This document shows, in pieces, positions 12,801-24,249 of a stretch of DNA of 64,000 nucleotides. The first letter of the stretch is position 1, and every line of letters starts with the position of its first letter. A program made the translations under genes and the position numbers. The DNA comes from Tubiluchus corallicola (Eukaryota; Animalia; Priapulida): contig JAQGDQ010000056.1 in assembly GCA_030141605.1 (NCBI GenBank), positions 558,001-622,000 on the forward strand. The letters are read 5' to 3'. The notes beneath the pieces are model-generated. The model saw only the letters and a list, made by a program, of their open reading frames with translations. It had not been told where the DNA came from and did no database searches.

Positions 12801-14581
12801 TTCCATAAACAGAAGACAAGCAGTAGGCCTAGATACGATAATCATGTATTTTGTAACATGTCTCTCCAATCATAATTTCTACCTATATTTTGGCACTTTT
12901 GTTAATAGAAAGTTCACATGAAAGCAGCGCTGTGGAAAAGCATTCAACAGTTCTTTTACTTGTATTGTTAATTTACCTGTTAAAGCCGGTTTGCTACAAA
13001 CATGACAAACTCCACTAGCTGATGGACAACAAAGCTCCTCGTGTGAACAATCGTTTGATGATCTACACGTGTTTTCACAGTTCGTTAGACTAGCAGGACT
13101 TTGGCATGTTCCTTGCTTGTTTATTTTATTATCTGAATTTATTAAAAAAACGAATATGTTTTCAAAATCTAATTAAAAGTTATCTTAATTATTTGTAGGC
13201 AATTTTCCTAATTCATATATCAGGATATTGCACATAAGATTAAAATTATTTCCGAGAAGTCGTCTTTTTCTATATGCATTAAGAATCCAGAAGTGTGCAA
13301 CCACTGCGCTTTCTATGTAAATTAAAGAAAAGCTAAAGACTTGCGTCTGTGACTGTGATAGTTGTACACGATGAGAACTAGAGATTCTACGTTGAATGCG
13401 TTTTTAGTTCTGTTTTATACAGAAGAGAGAGAAAACAGACACTAAGAGAGCCACTTTTGTAAAAGTCATTAAAGAATAAAAAAACTCGAAATCAAAATTA
13501 GGTTTCACTTTTTACAGGCAGTTGGTGGTGCATACCATAGGGCCCTGACCAACGTAGTGAATTTAAGGTGCTGATGATGTACAAAACAACTAAGTGTTGT
13601 TTTTAAGGTATATTGTGCACCATTTTGCCATTTGAAAATCCTAAAGTCTAGATTAGTATAAAGGGGCTCGAGCAGTTAGATGAATAGGGCTGTACTCGCC
13701 TTGACCTTTATTAGTGCTGTGAGAATAAGTGAAACTTTGTTTGCAAACTACGCAGAAAAGTTTTGAAGTGTTTACCAAAAAGAAACTTGGTGAAATCTGC
13801 GATGCGTGTAGCCTAATTTAATACTTAACACGAAAGACAAGTGTGAAATTAATGTAAGTTTAATGTAATAATAACGAATAATAATATTACATAAATTATA
13901 AAAAAACAAAAGAAAGCAAATGTCAAATATAATGAAATATCGTAAGCAATTACAAAACCAGATATGAACCACAGCTTTTCGTGAGAAATATACCACTTTT
14001 TCCTCACTGTTAAAAAACGCACGAATAATCGACCAACAAGCAAATATTTCTGAGTCTGTGTTACTCACATTAGAGTGATGCAAATTAATTTTAATTAATG
14101 AGACTTATTTGCAAAAACGTTATTGACGTTCTAACATAATTTATAATAGCTACTAAACGCTTAGCATGAGTAAAAAATTAATATCAGGTTGTAATCAATT
14201 GACATGACGGTATTATTTATACAGGCCTACATGTGGGCTTGTAACGCCAATATGGCAAGTTCAAATCCATGCCATTCTCGACATTTTTTCTTTATTTCGA
14301 ATTTAGTTTTTTGGAATTGGGCCTATATTTAATTAATGAAAGCTTATTTTAGCATTCTAACAATATATAAGCTATTAGAATATTTAGGCTTGAACGTCAG
14401 TTTTGTGTTTAAGACAGTTACTGTAATTGGAGTTATAGTGGACCTTACCAAATACGTCAGGTGGAGGAGGTATGCTTCCTCCTAGTCCTCCTAGTATACC
14501 GCCGATGACACTCTGGGCACGCGTGTTTAAAGCTATCAGCGTCAAAATAAGCGCACACGAAATGCAGCTCTTGCTGTTCAT
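871..14581 (-). CDS. Secreted multidomain cysteine-rich protease-inhibitor-like protein (SP-WAP-TY-antistasin-4x Cys6 repeat-antistasin array-2x Kunitz-WAP-TY), 3' end unresolved
   Basis: Exons with GT-AG sites and consistent phases: 14581-14449 (MNSKSCISCALILTLIALNTRA signal peptide), 13132-12977 (WAP: KQGTC..CENTCRSSNDCSHEELCC..VCHVC), 12571-12374 (TY: YQPQC..QFHGSTGYSWCVD), 12060-11954 (antistasin: CEHGYETDEDGCPTCEC), 11767-11680, 11156-11008, 10753-10637, 9518-9376 (6-Cys repeats such as CRLQQVLCFRAPCDPVPEC), 7981-7890, 7809-7492, 5459-5229, 4792-4580, 3715-3512 (antistasin modules), 2658-2467 and 2146-1973 (Kunitz: FIYGGCGGTQNNF, FVYTGCGGNDNNF), 1641-1471 (WAP), 1083-871 (TY: QIQCDPYDGTCYCVD). 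Total 2899 nt, open. The start of exon 10 is uncertain. Confidence 0.88.
5611..6847. repeat. Older palindromic element (~50 bp inverted arms with B-box-like motif) split by the hAT MITE
   Basis: 5611-5660 (GACTAAGCATGGATTCGATACCAGAGCACCATGAGCCCAATGCTAT) is an imperfect reverse complement of 6799-6847. Confidence 0.6.
5734..6793. mobile_element. hAT-type non-autonomous element (MITE)
   Basis: Termini CAGTAGTGTAGC ... GCTACACCATTG. Flanking 8-mers GGTTCAAA/GTTTCATA match at 6 of 8 positions. Contains an internal ~125 bp direct duplication with period 148 (about 6058-6330). Confidence 0.7.
8256..9010 (+). mobile_element. Interspersed repeat, Helentron/HINE-like non-autonomous element (copy 1)
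   Basis: Homologous to 22952-24005: shared CAATGTTTCTGACGT, TTCACAATGAAA, GACCTTTCATTTGA subrepeats and TGACCCTAGC. Ends in a 16-bp palindrome TTTTGCTATAGCAAAA at 8989-9004. The family assignment is inference. Confidence 0.6.
9019..9092 (-). pseudogene. tRNA-like sequence (tRNA pseudogene or SINE head)
   Basis: The minus strand folds into a cloverleaf: GATGTGG/CTGCATC acceptor stem, GCAT..ATGC D arm, TCTGC/GCAGA anticodon stem with an aberrant 6-nt loop, and CCTGG-TTCAAAT-CCAGG T arm. Confidence 0.6.
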
Positions 14582-17500
14582 CTTTTAACCACTGCTTTGC
14601 AAACTTTATTTTACAGCATGTTGATCGTAACAGTAATTTCTTGCTAATCACAGCTACACGTCCTTGAAAACTATTGCACACACAAGAAAGCTACTTTTAA
14701 TTCTACACTCCAAATGGAAATCAAAAATTCGATTTCTGTGCTTCTCGAAAATAAACAATGCCGCTCTTTAGCTATTCTGAATTTGATCTACGTGACTAAG
14801 CGCTTAAAAATAAATTAATTTCAAGTAGTAAAAGCGTGCATGAGGTCTGTTTTAAATGTCGTGCGTCCTTAAGCAGCCTCGCCACGGATGACTGGAAGCA
14901 CAGCAGTCGACAGTAGTAATAAATGACTCCACATTTGCAGGAAAGGTGGATCCAGGTGCTGCGCGGGGTATTCGCATTTACGGGGTTTCTGTGAGTCAGT
15001 CTATCATCCCTCTGGTCCGACATGCGCTAAGGTTAAAAAAATCTTTTGGAAGGGGGAGGGTACAAGATTTCCGTGGATTCAGTGCTGAACGATTCGTATG
15101 AACTACGAACGTACAAGCCCAATACGCTAACGTGTTCAGCCACCACCGAAAATCGTACATGAAGTGGTAACCTCGTGCTTTTAGTAGCATTTGTGATTTT
15201 AACATTTTTGGGTAATTCGTGTTGCTCGCTAGACAGGCAGCACTAGAAGTCAGAATTTGGGACTATTGAACATGTACGAATGCTATACATTCTTTGTCTT
15301 GGTTGGGGGCTGGGTTTGTCCTGGTCGAGTCGCCGCAAACACTATGCAGTTGTGAGTTCGAGTCTAGCGGCTGCCTTCGTCATGTACCATACATATACCA
15401 GCGATACCATGTACCATACATGTTACTTCTTTGTGTGTGTGTTCTTACCTGAATTCTGTGTGTAAGTCGCTAAATGGCTATTAGTGCATGCTGTTAAACG
15501 AGCGGCAGTAAATAAACGTAGTATTCGTCTTTTCTTTGTCTTTGCAACTTTTGTCCATTTGGTTCACACTGAATTTCCAACAGTGAAATACTACCAGACG
15601 ACCTTCGGCGTTACTTTCTTGGAGGCTGAGTCATTGGGACTTGTAATAATTTGCGAACTATGATTAGTAGTTTGACTGAGTAAACTTATGTAACTTAAAG
15701 GGAGACCCAAAGACCAAGCTTTCTGTAGGGAAATGCCAAAATGTGCTTTAGTTTCTTATGGAAGCTTATGATGAGTCGATCTGTTAATCAGAGGTCAAAG
15801 GTCATCTCAAGTTCACAAAAACAACATTAAAACAAAGCACTATAGAAAGTACTAATATAATACCCTGCGTTCAAAGAATAAAACCGGGTTACCAGAATAA
15901 TTTTTGCCAAATTTGATCTAATACATCTATATAATGTATAGTAACAATTCCATTGTATATTTTCATTGTATTGCGTAATAAAGCGCAGAAAAGAGTAATG
16001 TAACACCGGCAAGAGACAATTACTGCGGAGGTTGGTAAATCTTTGTGACAGCTTGTCACTCGCAAAGCGTTCCATTAAATGCAGCTTCTTAATTAATCTG
16101 ATAATCTCATACAACATACCTAATGTATATATATATACCGTGTTATCAGTATTATGCCGATTAATATGGAAAACAAATGAATAATGAATGAATCGTATAA
16201 GTTGAATCATTAATTCGATGACAAATATGTGTTGTTTTTCGCGATACAAAGATATTTGCGACGTCACGAATAACTGACGGAGGTGGGAGGCTGAGAGTGG
16301 GAAAAGTAGTGCCACGCTTGACGTTTAGCTAGTGGACAGAGAGGACAGTTAAGTGTATTAATGCGTGTACACAATAGCATTGCGTGGGCCATGACGGAAG
16401 AACTATACACTATATGAGTGTAGTTTTGAATATGTGCATACTATACATGTAAATGTGATTTTAACAGATTTACACACTGATCGAGGCGCATGTTCATTTT
16501 TCTGTGCACTCTGGCCCTATGCAGCTGCCGCAATTGTGGTGGTAATACTGAAATTGTCAGTAGCATGGCCAGCATTGAGTTCAGGTCAGCTGTAACTTTA
16601 GTAATATCTTTTCTGCTGAGAAAACGATAATTCGTTCAGGTATCTATCGCAAGTTCACTACTTGCTGCATCAACTGAAGGGAGGGTGGCATATAATAGCA
16701 AAGTGAGCATTGCATCCTTGCCAAAAGCGGATATTGTCTTGAAAACTTTTCCGTTTACACCGACAAAGATTATCTAAGTAGCTAGGGCTGAGGTCGTCGC
16801 ACACACATTTCCTCCTACACCGCGTAGGAAATGAGCAAAAGTAACGGCCCACCTTTCAACAAATTTGAGACATTTATATGGCTCTAGGCCTACTTTGTCA
16901 CACGATAGAGCTACTAGTTAACTGGTTCCCAAAATTTTGTTGACAGCGACCCCTTTCCAGAAGCCTACATCATATGGCGACCTCAAGAAGAACATGACCA
17001 CATGTTATACTAATACACATCATTATCGTTGGTATTCATTAATTTTAACTTGTTATTCAACAAATTATTGAACAATGAGTGATTGTTTCAGTAATACAAT
17101 CATGTGATGGTTGCACCTGTTTCTCAGTGACTGATATTGCAATGCAATAGGTATCTAAGGTGACCCGACATAAAATGAATAGCGAAACGCTTTCGGGCCG
17201 TGTACACTGTACAGAACAACGCGCATTTTCATTTTCCCGGAAAACCAAACACTGGTAAACCGCATTTAAAGCGGAAAACCCTGTTTCACTTTCTACAACA
17301 AACTGATGAGATGAGAGACTCAGGAAAGACCTACTTGCATACTTTTCTTGAAAACAGCATTTTTTTAAAAATGGTTTTTGGACTAGTCCGCGATCCCACG
17401 AAAAGTGCTTCGCGACTCCAATGCTGGCATTACTACATAGCTTTGAGGCCAAAGTCTAGTAATTAAGTATTTACGTTGATCAAACACTAATATTTAATGA

Positions 17501-18383
17501 TAAGTTAGTTGATTACTCTTTGATTCCAAACAAATGAAATACACTTCTTAACAAGGGTCCAAAAGGCAAAATGCAATGCCCATGCGGCAGGAAACAGACG
17601 CGCAGAATAAAGCACCACCGTGCTATATGTTACGTTGCGTTTTATTCAGAAGTTTTAAATCATAATTTTAAAATCGATATGCTCAGATGATTTAAATCAT
17701 TTCAAAATGACCTAGGATGTAGATAAATGCAAACGCTAATCAAGTTCTTGCCACACATTGCATTTTCTAGACGTTCAGAATTTTTTGGTATCTTTTGAAA
17801 AAGTGAACACTTCTGAAATAAGCTCAAAGCCCACGCGAAACTGGATGCATGAGTTTAATAGCCAGTCCAACCTGCTTTTTAGTGTGGACAAACTTCATGC
17901 AGATGTGCAATTCATATAAAAACAAATTTTGCTATGTAGCGGGGAAGAAATTTATTATACCCGATTACCGAAATCAGTTGTTATGAGGTACGCATCCACT
18001 GCAAGCTTAAATTCACCCGAGCCCCTCAACTCCAAGTCACAAAAAAGAAGTACTATTTTTGAATGAGTATTTTCCAGTTAAATGTCTTGTTAACTTGGGT
18101 ACCGTAGCAAGAAATACCTTCATTAAAACTAGATGGTTCGGTTAGCCGGCAACTATCTGTGATACTACTGAACCGTTTTGTTAAATCCAATAAAGTTAAA
18201 CAAAGTTTTTAAATATTTATTTTTTTTAAATTTGCAGCACCTTCGAATTATTCAATGCGTAAAAACAGTTTATATAATGCAGTTCTTTACAGTTTAACCT
18301 CTACAAAAAATATAATTGTCACAACACAAAGGAAAATGTATTTCAAATGATTTTTGGTTCCCATTGTGTGGTCTGAATAACTT

Positions 18384-18492
18384 TTAGTTGGCGGTCTTTG
18401 ACTGGTGGCCCTTTGTCTTTTCAAGTGAATCATTGACCAGTGGTCCTTTACTGGTGGTCGTTTTGTCCGTGGTGGTCCTTTGAACTACACCC
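18384..18492. repeat. GTGGTCCTTTG short tandem subrepeats (likely MITE end)
   Basis: About five degenerate GTGGTCCTTT units ending in TACACCC. Confidence 0.45.
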
Positions 18493-21039
18493 CTTCTTAG
18501 ATGGCCCCCGCCTCTAGAATATATAACAATATTCTTTCTCCGGACATTACTGTATTTGGCACCTCTCACTTCAACAAATTTGCTTTTCACTGCATGACAA
18601 TACACCAGGATATGCAAGTTCCTTATCAATATTTTTCAGGTGACAGGTTGTGGTAGTGTACTCAAGGTAGTTCCCATTTTGATTTAATTTGCACGAAAAC
18701 GAGTAATGCTGGTTTACACAAAGGAATCTTGGTGAAGGTCTGGGTGTAAGACTCCATAATAATAACGCCTTTGTAATATGGACGTAAAGTCTACTATGCC
18801 TTTCAAATCACTGTTTTAAACTAATGCTTGTGAGCAGACTCAGCAGACTACTTTCCCTGCAAACAAAAGATAAATTTGGTAAACCTGTTAGTTTTGACTG
18901 TTGGTGATTCTCAAGCCTTATTGTTTTTCTATCGTGGAGCTCTACATTGTATCTATTCACAAAGATTGTTAACCAGGATTATTTACTTAGCTAATAATCA
19001 GATTCTACGAAACTAGCCCAGCGCCATAAATGTATTCTAGTTAAATCGTGAGTGTGTGGCGATTTGATACTATGACTGCTAGTCAGTATAGAAAAGTAAT
19101 ATGGGTATAATATAGTTGTCAATTTAAAATTCTCATTTGCCTGTTACAGTATTTTATAGTATATAATAAATTCAATAAAATTTAATTAGTGTTGAACGCA
19201 GCAAGCCATCTCTGTTTTGCAGGTTGGTTTCGACTCGATGCTGACCCTCACACTATAAATTGGTATGATCACTAAAAGCAAACCGGAGAACGGAAATTTA
19301 AAGCGCAGACAAAACTTACAGGCTTTAAACTTATTGATACGTACTGTACAATGTTCCAGGCCTTTGTCTACCATCCTCCTAGGATCTTAATTTACGCCTT
19401 ACGGACAATTAGCTCCTCGGATTTTCAGCCTGTTATTCACATCACAAATTCAGTGTTTATTATTGTGCAGACTATTAAGGAATTATTATTATTATTATTA
19501 TTTTATTAGTATCATAATCGTAAACATTTAACAAAACATTAGTTCATCAAATTAAAATAAGTACAGTATGTACACAGTACCTCTAATTGCCGGTGAAATT
19601 GTTACAAGCTAATAAACTAACAATAAATTTTTTAAAGTTGACTTTCTGCAGTACGTCGTACATATATTATAACGTTGCATAATCATGTTAAAATAGGCCT
19701 CAATATACACAACATGTATGTACAGGTTTCTAGTAATACAATATATATATTTATGCATTTTGCAATAATAAGCACGTGACACTGGCTTACATAATTTACG
19801 TGCTGTGCAGTTAGCTTATCAAAATTACAAAATTTTTAGTTTGTTTTATCGTTACTTCAATATTTATCCTAACACGTACTTGTTTTCATACTTTATACAT
19901 ACTTTTCACTCACAGATACGTATAAATAAAGGTTCTCAAAGAATTGCTCTTTAATTTCTACAATTTCCCATTTTGAATTAATGTTTAATGAGTTGCAGAA
20001 ATGTTACGTTTAATCTATAATAATTTTGTAAACATTGTCAATTAAATTTCTTTTGCCCAATTATGTCCATGAAAATCGTTCTCTTTTCACTATCCACTAT
20101 CTTACACCTGTAGAGAATGTGCTCCGACGTTTGCTCTTCCTCTTCACATGTCTCTGTTCTTCTTCCTCTCCTCTTCTACATGTATAGTACACTGTGACTA
20201 TCCCGGAGTCTAATTTTCGCTATTGCAAATGGGTGGCTCGTGACTTAAGTGTAACCCTTAGGTAAAGAATAAAACACTTAGTCGAAAACACTGGGGAAAA
20301 ATCCACTGAATTAATAAAATAATATAACAATTTAATGAATATCTTAAAATACATTGCAAGACAAATAATAATAGTAAAGATTAAGCCGGTAAGAAAAAAA
20401 GGAACAATGTGACGTTTTTCACCAGTCCTGTCTCGGCATCACCAGGCGACTTTTCTCCTGTCCCATCCGCGTCATCTCTCGCTCTGATCAGGGGACTTCA
20501 TCGAGAAATGGTGTACCATAGAACGGTTGTCCACACTCCTGACGACGCCCTCGCCTCCACTTATATGACGCCAAAATAAAGTAGCATTCGAACTCCTGTA
20601 CTCGTCAACAAGGTAAGGATCAATAATAATCACAGCATGGAAGCACCAACGACAGTATCATCAGCGTCAGGAAAACGTAATCAGCAACAGGTTAAGTATC
20701 ATCGCTGGAATGCAGCTATCATCTCTGTCGTAATTATGTAGACAAATTGCTTTTCTACAAGTAAGCACCGTTACCACTAAACCATCATTTTATGACATGA
20801 GAACTTAAAGCGGAATACCTGTTCGAACGGCACAACCAAAACTTCGTCTTTATGGCTTCAATCACATGATATAGTAGTAATGCATAAACAGTGTCATTGA
20901 ATGTACAGGTGAAACCCTATTTCAGAACAAGTTGGCTTCTAGCGTCATGTCATTAAACAGTTTAACTAAACTTCTTTTATAAAAATTGAAAATAATTAAT
21001 GGTGGAATTATAACAGTTAGGCACTAATTACATAACCTG

Positions 21040-21965
21040 GCCTAAAATAAGCCTGAGCGTCACATACACTATTAGACCAATACGATGTGTTTTCTAAAAC
21101 TTCCTTGTCCAGTTAAAAAAATATGGCAACAGATTCAACTTTTCTTTCTGTTCGGCTAAGAGGGAGCTGTAGAGGTACAGGTTTGCATGTCCACTTATCC
21201 ATTTCTCCAGATATTGGCTCACCTCGCATCTGAAGATTATTATGCAAATCTGCTAGCCTACACAATATATATTTATATTCATCTGCTCTTTTGTGTAGTT
21301 GCACAGATGTCTGGGCATGTCCTTCGTTGTACTGTATCTTTGATTCCAAACATTTCAAAAACATTTTTTAAGATTAGCTAGGTGGCATTCCAAAAAGTGC
21401 TTGTCTATTCGATTCTTAAGAACTTAGTGCGATTGAGTCCATTATGATGTCTTACGATGGCAAAAATCATATTAATTGTAGTTTTAAACTCGATGGATGG
21501 AAGTAGCAACTTCCGTTGCATCGTACACGATATCATCAAAATACTCGGGTTCCATCTATGCTATAGATTCGTACAGGATGATAGGCATCACAATAGCTTT
21601 AAAAAGGCCAATTATAGCTCTGCTAACAAGAGGCCACTATATTTGCGACAATTATTTTTTATCTGTATCCATCTACGCCAGGCTTTCTTGCGCGTCTTGT
21701 TATTTTCCAAGCAACATACTTGCCAACCGTAACGCCGAGTACTTTGCTGCTCTTGACATAGAAGAGCTGGTCTGCACCCAAAATTAATTTACTAAGTTCT
21801 CCTACATTACCCATGGCCTCTGTTTTGTTTAGTCGCGTGTTTATTTCCAGTTAAAATGTACTAAACCATTCAGCCGCCAGACTATCGCAACCTTTTAGCA
21901 GCATTGCCAAGCGAGTTTCAACATCTTTAGTTGCTATGTGGAAAGTGCCATCGTCTGCATATTTA
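21040..21965 (-). mobile_element. Degenerate non-LTR retrotransposon (LINE), C-terminal half of ORF2
   Basis: KYADDG at about 21947-21964, followed by W..LEIN..NKTEAM, KVLGVTV, LFKAIVMPIILY and FLTGQGSFRKH..CMC. Interrupted by stops and frameshifts. Confidence 0.8.
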
Positions 21966-22951
21966 CATTTGCTCATATTCTTTTTCAGGAATGTTTTTAA
22001 CAGAAAAATCGTGGTTGCATTTTTAGTTGCAAGATCTGATATTTTAGTAGGTTAAAAAGCGTTTTTTGTCCTATTTTATTTTATACTAAAAGTGTTTCCA
22101 CGTTTCTCTTATTAAAAGGAGTTAAATATAATTAAAGCCTTAGTTTTTTTCTATTTGCCTCTCTCTCCGTCCCTCTACTTCTCTCCCGCGATTTCTCACA
22201 ATTGCGTATATGCAAAGATCAACATGATTCGCAATACAATTGTTCTAGCGTCTACTTTCTTGCCTTAACGATTTGACCAAATTTTTTCATCATACAATTG
22301 CTATAAATCAATACACGCAGTTAAATAAATTACTTTTAATTTCGCATCATCTAACTGTGCTTTAAAAAGGATTTATTACGTTTTCCGTTGAATGGCAATT
22401 CTGGGAAATAGCTGTTTTGTGGGAAAAATCTTTTCCGGGAAGTAAATTTTTCTGGCAAAAAAGTTTTCTGAGAGGTTTTTTGTCGGGAAAATTTTTTCTG
22501 GCAAAAAACTTTTCTGTGAGACTAGTCTACCCCAATTATTTTGTAGCATTCTTCTATTTTTGATACAGGAAGGAATGATCTATGTAATATCCACTCATAC
22601 TAATATTTGTCACTTTATATTGTTGGTTTTTATTTTTCTTGTCTTTAGTCTTAATTTAATCCTATGGACCTGTTTTATGGGGAAAATTATTGTTTTGATA
22701 CCCAGAACTACAGTATAACAGGCAAATAATATAATTTATATTTACGATTACATAATTTTAACGATGTACAATTGTGCTTACTAGTCTCTAATACAACTTT
22801 GCAAACGCATTCATATGCATTCTACCAACAAGTATGATATGACTACCACTTTTGAATTTAAAGTTGAGACTTCTGCTGTCAACATGCCCGGGCAGTTTGA
22901 CTTTTTTTCAGCTTCAGTCAGTATAATTCTAACCTGTTGTATTGTTTCTAA

Positions 22952-24005
22952 TTATAATACTAGTTGGCAATGTTTCTGACGTCGTTGCAAACTGAAGGTT
23001 TTGCAAACGATAGTTATAAGATTGAGCCTTAAAAATAAAGAGACGACAGCCTTTTTTTTTGAAAGTGCCTATTTTCTTCTATTGAATTCACCTTGCTCGA
23101 GTATAATAGAAAGTGCATTTCACAATGAAACCTCAACCTCAGCATTTAACTGTTCAGTATGTCACCCACGGGTCAAAGGTCAACCAATTTTGGCATATCT
23201 TATTTTATCTAGTTGGTATCATTGAGATCTTTCATTTGATATGCTACAAGGTACCATTGTTCGACACTCAGTGGACGTTTGTCCTCAACCACCATTTTTC
23301 GATTTTTGCTCCCTAGAGATGTTACAGGTTAACCACTCTGCCATTTGATTAGTCTCACCGAGGCCTTTCATTTGATATGCTATGTGGTACTACTTGTAGA
23401 TTCTCGATGTATTTCTGTTCCCGACCCCATTTTTCATCTCTGCATAACTTGTACCATTTGGTTTGTCTCGCTAAGACCTTTCATTTGATATGCTACAAGC
23501 TAGTTCCAGTCGACACTGGAAGGCATTTGTCTCCCCGATCCCTATTTTGCCTGTTAGCAGGGTAGCGGGTTAATTGTTTTCATTGTAACCTATACTCCCG
23601 TGAGTTTTGTGACCCTAGCCTTCAGTATGTAAAAGGTCACCAATTGAGGGTCCCAAATTCCGAATTTTGGCCCCTCCCATGGGCGTTTAAAACTTGTCCG
23701 CTTTTTAAAACTTCAGGTACACATCTACACCACAGTACCCAAATACAAACCGAAAGCCCTAAGAGGAGATGAAATGAAAGGAAAAACTGACCGGCGCCTA
23801 CTGTCCTTCCCTCTTGACCAATGGTCACCACACTGTAGTTCGTCCCCCGATCAGGGCTACCAACACTGTGAGTTTGGTGACCCTAGCTTCTTAAATTTCT
23901 TGGGTCTTCATATTATAGCAACCCAGTTAAAGCCTACATTTCAAACGATTTTTGCAGTTTTTATTCATGCCAGTGTGCAGAAGATTGAAGGGGGCAGAGT
24001 ATAAC
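22952..24005 (+). mobile_element. Interspersed repeat, Helentron/HINE-like non-autonomous element (copy 2)
   Basis: Colinear similarity to 8256-9010, with three CTTTCATTTGATATGCTA subrepeats. Confidence 0.6.
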
Positions 24006-24249
24006 CAAAGCAAAACTATTACAAGGACAGTCTTATTTTCTAAGAAGCCACTTCGTGGTAAACCTAAAGAACCTAAATATTCTTAATAAGGAGAAATCCA
24101 GTATGTTAGAAATCAAATCAGAGTAATGGGTAAAAACTAGGGACGTTGTCTATACAAAAATTGCAAGAATCAAGCAAGTACACTTCTTTCCACTTACACA
24201 CTAGACACATCTCACTATGTAGATTTTTAAAGCAGGGTTCGTACTCTAC

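Noticed and set aside
15220-15582. Solo-LTR candidate (TGTTG...CAACA with internal AATAAA)
   Set aside because: No target-site duplication (ATTCG versus GTGAA) and no second copy or internal domain in the window.
15827-16315. 162-aa ORF from the ORF track, and most other short track ORFs
   Set aside because: AT-rich composition with no domain motifs or splice context. Many other track ORFs are antisense or frame shadows of real exons.
17303-17327. CTGATGAG..CTCAGGAAA hammerhead-like string
   Set aside because: Spacing is wrong and there are no flanking stems.
16921-17430. hAT-like MITE fragment (CTGGTTCCCAAA, GCGACCC motifs)
   Set aside because: Only one plausible terminus and no TSD, so boundaries cannot be supported.
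20250-20759. Solo-LTR candidate (TGTA...TACA, with TATA-like motif on minus)
   Set aside because: The flanks do not form a TSD, and no PBS or PPT could be identified.
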